Below the pieces are notes generated by a model, which saw only the letters and a list, made by a program, of their open reading frames with translations, made no database searches and was not told where the DNA came from. Of a stretch of DNA of 64,000 nucleotides, positions 40,680-50,973 are shown piece by piece (within the stretch, counting starts at the first letter, position 1; each line of letters begins with the position of its first letter). The DNA is taken from positions 256,001 through 320,000 of the forward strand of contig CAXWPL010000004.1 of assembly GCA_963666215.2 (NCBI GenBank), in the 5' to 3' direction. The position numbers and the translations under genes are program-made. Origin of the DNA: Acidobacteriota bacterium (GTDB lineage: Bacteria > Acidobacteriota > UBA890 > WLXD01).

Positions 40680-43418
40680 TCACAGCTCGGCGCGTAGCGC
40701 GTCGATCGGATTCACCCGAGCCGCTCGCCGTGTGGCGACGTAGCACGTAGCAAGACCGGCGACACCGATGGCGAGCGCGGTGGCGGCATGCGCCAAGACG
40801 TCGAAACGGGTCACCGCGAACAGGAAATGGTCTACGAACTCGCTCGCCCACAGCGCTCCGAGGGCACCGGCAAGCACCCCTGCGACGAGACTCGGCAGCT
40901 CGCCGACTACCGCGTCGCGAATCAGGCGCGGGCGCCAAGCGCCGAGTGCCATACGGACGCCGAGCTCGCGCCGACGAGCGGCAACCGCGCGCGAAGTCAC
41001 ACCAAAGATGCCGAGCAACGCCAGCAGCGTCGCAGTACCGGCGAAGAACGCGACCAGCAACGCACGGTAGCGACTGCCAATCGTCGAGCGCTCGATCATG
41101 GTGGGCATCGAGCTCAGCTCGCGAATCGGCAGCTCCGGATCGACTTCCCGAATTGCGCCGCGCAGGCCCTCGGCCAGCCCGGCAAAGGCCCCTTCCGTTT
41201 CGACGATCAACGCCAGGCCGAGACGGTTCTCCGGCTCCTGGTGCACCGACATGTAGTACGCCGGCCGCGGCTCCTCCGAAAGAGCGTCGTGCAGCACGTC
41301 ACCGACGATGCCGACGATCTCCCAGCTGCGCTCGTCGCGTTCGATGAAGGCACCGAGCGCCGAACCGTCGGGCCAGAAACGCTGCGCCATCGACTCGCTC
41401 ACCACCGTCACCGGCGGAGCCTGGTCGGTATCGGCAGGTGTGAGACCGCGGCCCGTGAGCACCGGGATGCCCAGCGTCTCGTGGAAGCCGGGTAGCACGC
41501 GCCGTCGCAATGCCTCGGGCGATTTGCCGCCGTCTGGCGTCGTCCGACCCTCGATCTGAAAAGAGCTGCTCTTGTAAATACCCGAGAACGGCGGCGCATC
41601 CGATCCGCTGACCGCCACCACTCCTGGCAGCGCCGCGATACGCGCTACGGCCTGCTCGTAGAAACGGCTGGCGTCGCCCAGCGAACGGTAGCGCTCCTGC
41701 GGAAGCGACAACTGAATGACGGTGAGGTTGTCGGCCGAGAAGCCCGGATTCACCGAGAGCTCCGCGGCCAGCGTACGGCCAAGGAGAGCGGCAACGACCA
41801 CGAGAATTGTCGAGGTCGCGACCTGAAGCGCGACAACCGCGCGCTGCGCCCGGCCGCCGCTGCCCGCAACCGAGCGGGTGTTACCGGCGCGCGACAACGA
41901 AAGTCGCAGATCACGCCGGCCAGCCAGCAGCGCCGGCAGCGTGCCGAACAGCAGGCTGGTGAACGCGCCGAGCCCAACCGAGAACAGGAGAACGCGGCCG
42001 TCGACACCGATGTCGGACGGGAGGTGGAGCTCGACCGGCGCAAGAGCCACCAGCAGACGGGTCCCGCCGATCGCCAGCGCCGAGCCCAAGAGCGAACCGA
42101 CGCCGCCAAGCAGCAGCGATTCGGTGAATACCTGGCGAACGATGCGACCCGGCGCCGCACCAAAAGCGGCTCGCGTGGCGAGCTCGGCACCACGGCCATC
42201 GACTGCCCCGAGAAGCAGCGTGGCCACGTTGCCGCACGCAACGGCCATCAGCAGCAGGGCGGCGGCGAACAGCAGCGCCAGGCTACGGCTCGAGCCGCCG
42301 ACCTCTTCACTCTGACGGCGGGAAATCCGCGCACCACGCCCCGCCGGGCCGGCGTCGCCGGCTAGCAAGAGAGCGGTGGGGTCGAGCGCCGACTCGGGCG
42401 TCGCCCCGGCGGCAAGGCGACCGATGAGCTCGAAGCCATGATGACCGCGGTCGTCGAGGCGCGGTCCGACAAGGCCGACCGGAATCCAGACGTCGATGGA
42501 ATCGATGGCGTCTCCGAAGGGGTTGAGCACTCGGAGCCTAAAACCAGGTGGAAGCACGCCGACGATCTCGAAGTCTTCCCCGACCAGACGGATCGACTCG
42601 CCGACGATCGTCGGCGATGCGCCGCGGATGGCGCGCCAGTACGAGTCGCTGAGAACTGCCACTGGGCGTGCCTGCGTCCCGACCTCACCGGCTGCGAAGT
42701 TGCGGCCGAGCTGCAACTCCACTCCCAGCAACGGCAGCAGCGTCTCGGAAGCGATTCCGAGCCCGATCTCGCGAGGTTCGTCACCGTCCACTACCGCTGT
42801 GCGGGCGGCATCGTAGATCGCCAGCTCGTCGAACGGGCCGGCCGCGCTAAGGTCGATGTACTCCGGGTAGGAGATAGCGACGCGGTCCCAGACGGCACCC
42901 AGCGACTCGTGGCCGCGCCAGCTCGGGAAGGTGTTCCAGATGCTGACGATTTCGTGCGGCTGGCGGTAGGGAAGCGGGCGCAGGACGGCCCAGTCGAGGA
43001 TCGTGAAGATCGATGTCGCCCCGCCGATGCCGATGGCCAGTGTCACAACCACGATGGCGGCGAGCACTGGACGCTTGGCGACGCCACGAACGGCAAAGCG
43101 CATGTCTTGAGAGACGGAATCGAGAGCTCGACGCATGGGCCGTCGCTCCTGCCCGGGGATTGGATGAGCAGAGTCATTCGACTCGGATCGCCGCTGAGGC
43201 ATTCGAGTCCGCGCACTCAGGCTGGGGCCGACGCAGCGTCCGAGCTCGACCCAATACCAGCGCCACGCGCGCCACCTACCTTCGGCCACTTGTCGTACGG
43301 CGTGCTCCTCGTGAAGATCGCCGAGCATCGCCTCGCGCCCCAACGGCTGCAGCAGAAAACGCAAGATCACCGTCGCGACAAACGGCGGGCGACTCAACCG
43401 ATGGCGGTCGCTGCTCAC
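40680..43418 (-). CDS. ADOP/MacB-FtsX duplicated orphan ABC permease
   Basis: N-terminal LGDLHEE prefix; QDMRFAVR..TLAIGIG; ACGNVA; RRRELGVRMALGA..P.DALRAE. Confidence 0.92.
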   Translation of the reverse strand: MSSDRHRLSRPPFVATVILRFLLQPLGREAMLGDLHEEHAVRQVAEGRWRAWRWYWVELGRCVGPSLSARTRMPQRRSESNDSAHPIPGQERRPMRRALDSVSQDMRFAVRGVAKRPVLAAIVVVTLAIGIGGATSIFTILDWAVLRPLPYRQPHEIVSIWNTFPSWRGHESLGAVWDRVAISYPEYIDLSAAGPFDELAIYDAARTAVVDGDEPREIGLGIASETLLPLLGVELQLGRNFAAGEVGTQARPVAVLSDSYWRAIRGASPTIVGESIRLVGEDFEIVGVLPPGFRLRVLNPFGDAIDSIDVWIPVGLVGPRLDDRGHHGFELIGRLAAGATPESALDPTALLLAGDAGPAGRGARISRRQSEEVGGSSRSLALLFAAALLLMAVACGNVATLLLGAVDGRGAELATRAAFGAAPGRIVRQVFTESLLLGGVGSLLGSALAIGGTRLLVALAPVELHLPSDIGVDGRVLLFSVGLGAFTSLLFGTLPALLAGRRDLRLSLSRAGNTRSVAGSGGRAQRAVVALQVATSTILVVVAALLGRTLAAELSVNPGFSADNLTVIQLSLPQERYRSLGDASRFYEQAVARIAALPGVVAVSGSDAPPFSGIYKSSSFQIEGRTTPDGGKSPEALRRRVLPGFHETLGIPVLTGRGLTPADTDQAPPVTVVSESMAQRFWPDGSALGAFIERDERSWEIVGIVGDVLHDALSEEPRPAYYMSVHQEPENRLGLALIVETEGAFAGLAEGLRGAIREVDPELPIRELSSMPTMIERSTIGSRYRALLVAFFAGTATLLALLGIFGVTSRAVAARRRELGVRMALGAWRPRLIRDAVVGELPSLVAGVLAGALGALWASEFVDHFLFAVTRFDVLAHAATALAIGVAGLATCYVATRRAARVNPIDALRAEL

Positions 43419-43777
43419 GGTCGGCGGCTACGCCGCGCAGTCGCGGGGACGGTCTCGGGGGCGATCCGCAGCCCCGCCCACATGCGGTCGAGGCGTTGGC
43501 GCGCCTGTACCAACGACTCGACGCCAGCGGCTGTCAGCCGGAAATGTTTCTTGGCGCGCCCACCGCGCTCCGGCGTAGGCTCCGTTAGCCACGACTCCAC
43601 CAGGCCGCGCTGCTCCATGCGCTCGAGGCATGAGTAGACCCCGGCAATGGATACGGGCCGCCGGCCGCGGACCTCGATCTCCCGGCGGATCGTGACCCCG
43701 TAGGCATCGTCGTTCAAACGCGCCAAGGCCAACAGCACCAGCTGCTCGATCTCGCTGAGTGCCCTCTCGTTCGTCAC
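43415..43777 (-). CDS. PadR family regulator
   Basis: EQLVLLAL..AYGVTI..VYSCLERME..ERGGRAKKHF; GGGAGGAG RBS; GTGA overlap with the permease. Confidence 0.92.
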   Translation of the reverse strand: MTNERALSEIEQLVLLALARLNDDAYGVTIRREIEVRGRRPVSIAGVYSCLERMEQRGLVESWLTEPTPERGGRAKKHFRLTAAGVESLVQARQRLDRMWAGLRIAPETVPATARRSRRP

Positions 43778-43795
43778 GGGTTTGTGCTCCTCCCA

Positions 43796-43840
43796 ATTTA
43801 TTCTTCTAAACAGAATAAATAGAGGAGTACCGAAACGCAA
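43796..43840 (-). promoter_or_regulatory. sigma70-type promoter with overlapping palindromic operator (padR)
   Basis: TTGCGT-N17-TATTCT on the minus strand; perfect inverted repeat ATTTATTCT-N7-AGAATAAAT at 43796-43820. Confidence 0.7.
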
Positions 43841-44060
43841 GTTGCCAGCAAACCCGCCCGACTCGGAAGTAGCCGCAAGCGAACTACCACTTGACGTCCA
43901 CAGCCAACCTGCTAGCGTTTCCGCCAGGTGCTGAGGGGCGCCTACGTTCGAGAAAGACGCCGTCACCCTCGGGCAAGCTAGCAAGCCAGGCCGTTCAGCA
44001 AACCTCCAGGCACTGCCGAACTCGTCGAACACGAGGCAGTCAAGAGCCGAGGAGACGACT

Positions 44061-44720
44061 ATGAACGCCGGCAATGCCGCGGACGCTCTGTCGGACTATC
44101 GCGCCCAGGCGCGCCGACTGCTGAAGGATCTACGGCGAGACGCGGATCGATCTGACTCCGCTCCCACCACCGCCCCTTGGACGGCGCATCACGCCGCCGC
44201 ACAGGCTCCACAGCCCCTACGACTACGATCTGGACCACTCCCAATCCACTAGGAGATAACCTATCCGTCGCTTCGCTCCGATGGCGTGATCACGATCAAC
44301 CGTAATCAGTGATCACGTTCCCGTAATGACCGATCACGATCACCGAAATACTCACGCCAGACGAGCGGCGACGATTCGGGCACCGCAGGCATCGTGGCCA
44401 ATGCTGCCCAGCCCGTGATGTACGAGCGTTCGTTCGAGTGGCTGCTGAACACGTGGTTCGCTCACTACGATCAGGCCCGTACCGCGCTCGAAGCCGGTGG
44501 AGGCTTCCTGCTGCCCTACAAGAGCCAGTTCTTCATCTGCGAGGAGGAGGGCATCCACCTGCTCGGCCTGGACCCGGGCGATCCGGACTGGGCGCACATT
44601 GGCAACGACTGGGTCAAGCCTGCAGATGTCGAAGCGTGGACGCGCCTACGTGACAAGCGGCTCGAGGCGTTGGCGAGCGACTCGAAACTGACGTCGCCGC
44701 ACACGTCGCGGCGATCGTGA
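44061..44720 (+). pseudogene. conserved hypothetical protein split by an IS remnant
   Basis: N-terminal piece LSDYRAQARRLLKDLR and C-terminal piece MY..LNTWFAHY..LLPYKSQFF..LGLDPGDPDW flank an IS21-like end. Confidence 0.65.
44165..44354 (-). mobile_element. solo IS21-family terminal remnant (left boundary approximate)
   Basis: Minus strand starts with TG: TGAGTATTTCGGTGATCGTGATCGGTCATTACGGGAACGTGATCACTGATTACGGTTGATCGTGATCAC, i.e. three ~21-bp imperfect repeats, then CGGAGCGAAGCGACG. No istA/istB. Confidence 0.75.
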
Positions 44721-44787
44721 TCCTCAGGTGTGACCACCTGCGCGATCGCCTGGCGTTTCTGCGGCACGACCTCTCGGCTAGCGGCCC

Positions 44788-47169
44788 TCAGCCGTCAAGC
44801 CGCGCGCGCAGCAACTCCGTCACGTGCTCGGCGTTCGCCTTCCCTTTCGTGGTCTGCATCACCTGTCCAACGAAGAAACCCAGAAGGCCGGTGCGACCCC
44901 CTCGGTAGGCCGTGGCTTTGTCGGCGAACTGTTCGAGTAGTCGATCGACGATCGGCTCGAGCGAAGCGCTGTCGCTGATTTGCTCGAGGCCGAGGCGCTC
45001 GACGATCGCCGCGGGACTATCGTTCGACCGACTCAGCTCGAGCAGCACGGAGCGACCTTGGGCGCGCGAGATGGAGCCCGACTCCACGAGGCCGACCACG
45101 CTGGCGAGCCTTGCGCCGTCGACTGCAGCTCCGGCCGACGCCTCTTCGCTGCCGCTATCGAGGCGCGCGACCTCGTTGATCACCCAGCCGGCGATCTTCG
45201 CGGCGGATGCGTTCTCGGGCATCGCCTCGAGTGCCTCGTCGAAGACCGGGCCCAGGGTCTTGTCGAGCACGAGAAGATCGGCGTCTTCGGCGCTCAACCC
45301 GAGCTCCACGTAGCGATCGAAGATCTCCGCCAGGTTCAGATCGGCGGCGCGGTCGGCGGCGCGGATCTGCGCGCGCGTCGGCCCCCGTGGCTCCCGCTCC
45401 GCGTTCGTGACGCCAGGCACGTGTGACCGCGACTCGGTGTCGCTCTGCGAGGAGGCCGTGTCGGCGGCGGCAATCCTGGCCCACGCATCGCGCAACGTAA
45501 CGGTCCGATTGAACACCGGGGCGCCCGGCCGCGAATCTTCGGGGTCGGTGAAGAAGTAGCCCAAACGCTCGAACTGAAAGTGGCTTCGAGGCTCGGCGTC
45601 GGCGAGGCTCGGCTCGGCGTACGCGACGTCGACCACGTCGAGAGAGCCCGGGTTCAAGTACTCCTTGAAATCGTCTTCGCGAGTGTCCGGATCGGGCACC
45701 GAGAACAAGCGGTCGTAGAGGCGTACCTGCACGGCAAGCGCGTGGGGCGCGGAAACCCAGTGGATGGTCCCCTTGATCTTGCGGCCTTCGGGTGTTGACC
45801 CGCCGCGCGTCGAGGGGTCGTAGCTGCAGCGCAGCTCGACGACATCTCCGTCGGCGTCCTTCACGACCTCGTCGCAGCGAATCACGTAGGCGTAGCGCAG
45901 CCTCACCTCACGTCCGGGAGCCAGACGGAAGAACTTCTTCGGCGGGTCCTCCATGAAGTCATCGCGCTCGATCCACAGCTCGCGCGAGAAGGGCAGCTTG
46001 CGCGAGCCTTCCTTCGGAACGTCGTGCGGCCAGTACGAAGCGTCGAACTCTTCGCTCTGACCCTCTGGATAGTTGGTGATCACCACCTTGAGCGGACGCA
46101 GCACGCACATGACGCGCGGCGCCTTGTGGTTGAGGTCGTCGCGCGTCGTGTACTCGAGCATCGCTACATCAACCCGGTTGTCCGACTTGGCCACCCCAGC
46201 GAGCTCACAGAAGGTGCGTACCGCCTCCGGAGTTACCCCGCGCCGACGCAGGCCCGAAAGCGTGGGCATACGTGGATCGTCCCAGCCGGCCACATGCCCT
46301 CCCTCGACGAGCTCGAGCAGCTTGCGCTTGCTGGTGATCGTGTACGCCAGGTTCAGGCGCGCGAACTCGAACTGACGCGGCCGCGGCTCGGGCAGCTCGA
46401 GCGCGTCGGTGTACCAGTCGTAGAGCTCGCGATTGCTGACGAACTCGAGCGAGCACAGCGAGTGCGTGATCCCTTCGATGGCATCCGACTGGCCGTGCGC
46501 CCAGTCGTAGAGCGGGTAGATGCACCACGTATCGCTGGCCCGATAGTGGGACGCGTGCCGAATGCGGTACATCACCGGGTCGCGCATCTTCATGTTCGGA
46601 TGCGCCATGTCGATCTTGGCTCGTAGAACGTGCGCGCCGTCGGGAAACTCGCCCGCCCGCATACGCGCGAACAGGTCGAGGTTCTCCTCGACCGTTCGAT
46701 CACGATGAGGACTGTCGCGCCCGGGCTCTGTAATGGTCCCGCGGTACTCGCGAATCTCGTCGCCCGAGAGCGAGTCGACGTACGCCTTGCCGCTGCGAAT
46801 CAGCTCGACGGCCCAGTCGTGCAGCCGCTCGAAGTAGTCGGACGCGTGCCGCAGGTTGTCCCACTCGAAACCGAGCCAGCGGATATCGCGCTGGATGGCC
46901 TCGACGTAGCGCGCGTCTTCGGTTTCGGGATTGGTGTCGTCGAAACGAAGGTTGCACACGCCGCCGTTCTCGCGCGCCACACCAAAGTCGATGCAGATCG
47001 CCTTGGCGTGGCCGATGTGCAGAAATCCGTTCGGCTCGGGCGGAAATCGCGTGGCGATCTGATCGACGCGGCCACTGGCGAGATCCTCGGCGACGATCTG
47101 ACGGATGAAGTCGGTTCCGCGCTCGGGGTCAGGCGATGGAGATGTTGTGGCTTCCGAATCGCTTTCCAT
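44788..47169 (-). CDS. glnS: glutamine--tRNA ligase with C-terminal YqeY/GatB domain
   Basis: [39 protein letters not shown]; C-terminal [15 protein letters not shown]. Confidence 0.96.
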   Translation of the reverse strand: MESDSEATTSPSPDPERGTDFIRQIVAEDLASGRVDQIATRFPPEPNGFLHIGHAKAICIDFGVARENGGVCNLRFDDTNPETEDARYVEAIQRDIRWLGFEWDNLRHASDYFERLHDWAVELIRSGKAYVDSLSGDEIREYRGTITEPGRDSPHRDRTVEENLDLFARMRAGEFPDGAHVLRAKIDMAHPNMKMRDPVMYRIRHASHYRASDTWCIYPLYDWAHGQSDAIEGITHSLCSLEFVSNRELYDWYTDALELPEPRPRQFEFARLNLAYTITSKRKLLELVEGGHVAGWDDPRMPTLSGLRRRGVTPEAVRTFCELAGVAKSDNRVDVAMLEYTTRDDLNHKAPRVMCVLRPLKVVITNYPEGQSEEFDASYWPHDVPKEGSRKLPFSRELWIERDDFMEDPPKKFFRLAPGREVRLRYAYVIRCDEVVKDADGDVVELRCSYDPSTRGGSTPEGRKIKGTIHWVSAPHALAVQVRLYDRLFSVPDPDTREDDFKEYLNPGSLDVVDVAYAEPSLADAEPRSHFQFERLGYFFTDPEDSRPGAPVFNRTVTLRDAWARIAAADTASSQSDTESRSHVPGVTNAEREPRGPTRAQIRAADRAADLNLAEIFDRYVELGLSAEDADLLVLDKTLGPVFDEALEAMPENASAAKIAGWVINEVARLDSGSEEASAGAAVDGARLASVVGLVESGSISRAQGRSVLLELSRSNDSPAAIVERLGLEQISDSASLEPIVDRLLEQFADKATAYRGGRTGLLGFFVGQVMQTTKGKANAEHVTELLRARLDG

Positions 47170-47329
47170 GACGTCCACGGCCTGAGGAACAGCGTGAATC
47201 CGCCATTATGAGGCACGCGAACTACCGCGATCACCACCCGTCTCAACGTCGGGACGCGCCTGGCGGGCGACCGCCTCGGGCTAGCGCAAATGCTGCCGGG
47301 CCGGCCTCTTGCTACGAGCCGGTGTCTTC

Positions 47330-48403
47330 TTAGAAAGCCTTGAAGACCTTCTCGCCAGCGCGAATCGCCAGGTCGAGCCGGTTCTGCTGCGGCGGCAGCG
47401 GGCACGTCGCGTACGGCGTGAAGACACACGGCGGGTTGTACGACTTGTTGAAGTCGACGACCACGCGGCCCTGCTCGTCGGGCGCGTCGACCCAAATGAA
47501 CTTGCCGCCGCCGTAAGTCTCGTCGCCGTTGGTGAGATCGGCGAAGGCGGTGAAGAAATTCGCCGGATCGTCTGAGTCCTTCCACATGTCGAGGCGGTGG
47601 GTCTCACCCTCCACTTCGAAAACAACGGCGCCGGGCGACTCGGTTTCGTTGAGGTCGCCGAGGATGGTCGGAATCATGATGAGGCCGGGAGGATCGTACG
47701 TCTCGAAGCGGCCTTCGTAGCGGTGGGCTGGGTCGACGTCGAACATCGGCACGCCCTCGAAGCTCGACAACAACGGGTTGGCGCTGTCCTTGAGTCGCAC
47801 CCCGATGCGATCACCCCGCTTGATCACGAACCAGCTCAAGGTGCCCCAGCGCAATGTCGGGCGCACGAACGACGGCTCGGCGACCTCGGCGAGCGTCGGA
47901 TCGAGCTCCGTGGTGCCGGTCTCGTCCGGCCCGGTCGACTCCTCGGGCTCTTCCGGCTCGTCCATCAGGAGCGGCGGCATGTACGCCAACAGGCCGCCGG
48001 CTGGCACCGAGCTCGGAGAGCCTGCGCCGGGCTCTGCAGCGCCGTTCGCAACTGGGTCGACGAGCACCTCGACGCCCGGGGCTGCTTCAAACCGAACCTC
48101 CTGGCCGCGTCGCTGGAAGGTCCCGATGAGCTCCGGTCCGCTCGACCCCTCCACGACGAGGTTGTTGTCCGACGCGGTGCCGATCGTGTTGGGGCCCTCG
48201 GCAAGCCAGTACAAACCCGTCAGCGTCAGCCAGCCGTCGAGCTTCTCGAGATCGGAAGTTCTCTTGGCGCGCCAGGCGTCGACCTCGGCGAGATGAGCGC
48301 CCGGTTCCAGGCTCAGATCCTCGAAAGCGTCGGGCGGCTCCGAGGTCGGAGCCGCGGTGCACGCGACCGAGGCCAGAGCGAGCAGCAGCGCGCCCAGTCG
48401 CAT
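47330..48403 (-). CDS. DUF1684 lipoprotein
   Basis: Lipobox-like SVAC; GWLTLTGLYWL, FADLTNG.ETYGGG, DFNKSYNPPCVFTPYATCPLPP. Confidence 0.9.
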   Translation of the reverse strand: MRLGALLLALASVACTAAPTSEPPDAFEDLSLEPGAHLAEVDAWRAKRTSDLEKLDGWLTLTGLYWLAEGPNTIGTASDNNLVVEGSSGPELIGTFQRRGQEVRFEAAPGVEVLVDPVANGAAEPGAGSPSSVPAGGLLAYMPPLLMDEPEEPEESTGPDETGTTELDPTLAEVAEPSFVRPTLRWGTLSWFVIKRGDRIGVRLKDSANPLLSSFEGVPMFDVDPAHRYEGRFETYDPPGLIMIPTILGDLNETESPGAVVFEVEGETHRLDMWKDSDDPANFFTAFADLTNGDETYGGGKFIWVDAPDEQGRVVVDFNKSYNPPCVFTPYATCPLPPQQNRLDLAIRAGEKVFKAF

Positions 48404-48598
48404 TGGCGGCCCGCCAAGTATCACGGAACTTGTCGAATTGCCGGAATTCTTCACGGGTCCGACTATAGCCTCGCGGCACGTCGCATGGCCAGAGCAGGCG
48501 AGCCAGGCTGCGATTCGCGCCACAAAACAATCGAGCCGGCGCCCGGGGCAACCAGGCGCCGGCTCGTTGGCCGCGGGGCATTGAAGTCGTTCGTCGTC

Positions 48599-49210
48599 TC
48601 AGTTGGCAGCGAGCCCCTCGCTGAACATCTGGGCAATCACCTCGGGCAACTCGTCGGAACGCCGAGCAATTTCGTCGTCGCCGAGCAAATCCATCACCAA
48701 CAACCCGATGAACGTCGCGCTCAAAGCCCGTGCAGCGAGCCCCGAATCCACGTCGCGCATGCCGCCACTCAGGCGCAGCGCTTCGAGTAGAGGCTCGACA
48801 TCACCCAGCCTCCGCGCCACGACCGCGTCGAAGTAGAGCGCCCGCAACGAGGGCTGTGTGATGAGCGCCGGCAAAACGGCCCGGAACAGCTCGGTGTCGG
48901 GCCACGAAGCACCAGTCCGATGCCGCGCCAGCACCTTACAGAGACCGCGGAGATCGGCCGTTGCGGGGAGACTCGGCTGGGCCCCCGACTCCCTCTCGCA
49001 CACGCGCTCGACGAGGCCGAGAAGCAAATCCGACTTGTCGGCGAAGTAGTTGTAAATCGTGCCGTCGGCAACCCCGGCTTGTCGCGCTACCTCCCTGATC
49101 GTCGCCCGCTCCGACCCCTGCTCCGCGAACACAACGGTCGCGGCGTCGAGGATCTGACGTCGACGAACTTCTAGACGCTGGTCTTTCTGTTCCGGGCTCT
49201 CGTGGGGCAC
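48599..49210 (-). CDS. TetR/AcrR regulator
   Basis: RQILDAATVVFAE..TIREVARQAGVADGTIYNYFADK. Confidence 0.92.
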   Translation of the reverse strand: MPHESPEQKDQRLEVRRRQILDAATVVFAEQGSERATIREVARQAGVADGTIYNYFADKSDLLLGLVERVCERESGAQPSLPATADLRGLCKVLARHRTGASWPDTELFRAVLPALITQPSLRALYFDAVVARRLGDVEPLLEALRLSGGMRDVDSGLAARALSATFIGLLVMDLLGDDEIARRSDELPEVIAQMFSEGLAAN

Positions 49211-49254
49211 GCGATCGCCGTTCGGAAATGAACCTGTCTGGGCTGCGGTGCGCG

Positions 49255-49283
49255 AGTATATTGAATGAATGTTCATTCAGCAA
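49255..49283 (-). promoter_or_regulatory. tetR promoter with operator palindrome
   Basis: TTGCTG-N17-TATACT on the minus strand; inverted repeat TGAATGAA-TG-TTCATTCA at 49262-49279 occupies the spacer. Confidence 0.78.
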
Positions 49284-49572
49284 CTTGGCAGGAATTTCTC
49301 GAACCCGAAGTTGGAGCCGCACGGCCGCGGCCGCGCGGGTTCCGTTGATGACAAGCTTCAGCATCGACGCTACCATCTCGTCGACCTGCTTCTCAGCGCG
49401 CAGGAGGTTGCCCGTGTCCGCTTCGCAATGGACCGCACTGCACTCTCGACGAGACCTGCCGCAGCAGGCGCGCCCAGGCATCTTCGCGCCACCCAGCGTG
49501 ACGAGCACTCGATAGAGCCGTCCGCCGTCCTTTTTCAGCTCGCCTCTCTCCTACCGCGAAGAGCCTCAAGCC

Positions 49573-50928
49573 ATGTCCGAAATCCGCGTTCCGTCCGAGA
49601 AAGTCTTCTCGATCCTGCGGGACAACATCCTTGTCGATGGGTTCCATCTGGTCGTCGATCTCGAGCGCTCGCACGGCTCGACGATGGTCGACGCCCTCGA
49701 GGGCAAGGAATACCTCGACTGCTACTCCTACTTCGCTTCGCTGCCGGTGGGCCACAACCACCCGAAGATGGCCGACGAGGGCTTCCGCGAGTCGCTGATG
49801 AACGCGGCGCTCGTGAAGCCGGCCAACAGCGACATCTACACACGTGAGTACGCGGCGTTTGTCGAGACGTTCCGGCGCGTAGCCGCACCCGAGCAGTTCC
49901 GCTACATGTTCTTTGTCGAGGGTGGGGCGCTGGCGGTGGAAAACGCGCTGAAGGCGGCATTCGACTGGAAGGGGCTGCGCAATCTCGCCGCCGGTGTGGA
50001 TGGCGGCGGCGACAAGATTCTGCATTTCAAGGAAGCGTTCCACGGGCGCAGCGGCTACACGCTGTCGCTCACCAACACCGACCCGACGAAAACCAATCGC
50101 TTCCCGCTCTTTGACTGGCCGCGGGTCGCCAACCCGACGATCCACTTCCCGGTCGACGAGGCCGAAGTCTCCGCAGCGGAAGCTCTTTCGATAGAACAGA
50201 TCGAGGCGGCGTTTGCCGCGGACCCACATGGCATCGCCGCGATCATCCTCGAGCCGATTCAGGGCGAGGGCGGTGACAACCACTTCCGGCCCGAGTACCT
50301 GCAGAAGCTTCGTGAGCTTTGTGACACCCACGAGGCCCTGCTCATCTTCGATGAAGTGCAGACGGGCATCGGCCTGACCGGAACAATGTGGGCATTCCAG
50401 CAGCTCGGCGTCACACCCGACATCGTCGCCTTCGGCAAGAAGACGCAGGTCTGCGGCATCATGTGCACCCGCCGCATCGACGAGGTCGAGGGCAACGTCT
50501 TCCACAAGTCGTCGCGCATCAACTCGACCTGGGGCGGCAACCTCGCCGACATGGTGCGCTGTGCGCGCTACCTGGAGATCATCGAGGAGGATGGGCTGGT
50601 ACAGAACGCGGCCACTGTGGGTGTGGCATTCAAGTCCGCGCTCGACGGAGTTGCGGCGCGGCACGGGGAGATCACCAACGTCCGCGGCCGCGGCCTGATG
50701 CTCGCCTTCGATATGCCCGATGGCAGCTCACGAGACGCGCTCCGAACCGCGCTCTGGGATGCGGGTCTTGCGACGCTTGCCTGCGGTGATCGCTCGATCC
50801 GCTTCCGACCGTGCCTGACGTTCACCACCGCCGATGTCGACCGAGCCTGCGAGATCCTGGCGTCGACGCTGAAAGGCGCCGACGACTCCACCATGCTCGC
50901 TACCGCCGCCGCGGGCGCGGTATCTTGA
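49573..50928 (+). CDS. lat: L-lysine 6-transaminase
   Basis: GGALAVENALKAAFDWK, FHGRSGY, EPIQGEGGD, DEVQTG, FGKK (PLP Lys), INSTWGGN. Confidence 0.93.
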   Translation: MSEIRVPSEKVFSILRDNILVDGFHLVVDLERSHGSTMVDALEGKEYLDCYSYFASLPVGHNHPKMADEGFRESLMNAALVKPANSDIYTREYAAFVETFRRVAAPEQFRYMFFVEGGALAVENALKAAFDWKGLRNLAAGVDGGGDKILHFKEAFHGRSGYTLSLTNTDPTKTNRFPLFDWPRVANPTIHFPVDEAEVSAAEALSIEQIEAAFAADPHGIAAIILEPIQGEGGDNHFRPEYLQKLRELCDTHEALLIFDEVQTGIGLTGTMWAFQQLGVTPDIVAFGKKTQVCGIMCTRRIDEVEGNVFHKSSRINSTWGGNLADMVRCARYLEIIEEDGLVQNAATVGVAFKSALDGVAARHGEITNVRGRGLMLAFDMPDGSSRDALRTALWDAGLATLACGDRSIRFRPCLTFTTADVDRACEILASTLKGADDSTMLATAAAGAVS

Positions 50929-50973
50929 TATAGCGAGGTCGGAAACAAGGGGGGGGGGCAGCGAGGCTGCAAC

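Noticed and set aside
44286-44354. Short tandem repeats as a possible CRISPR array
   Set aside because: The units are degenerate, abut without unique spacers and have no cas genes nearby. They fit an IS21 end better.
49290-49560. Possible additional gene remnant between tetR and lat
   Set aside because: No family motif could be recognised with confidence in any frame.
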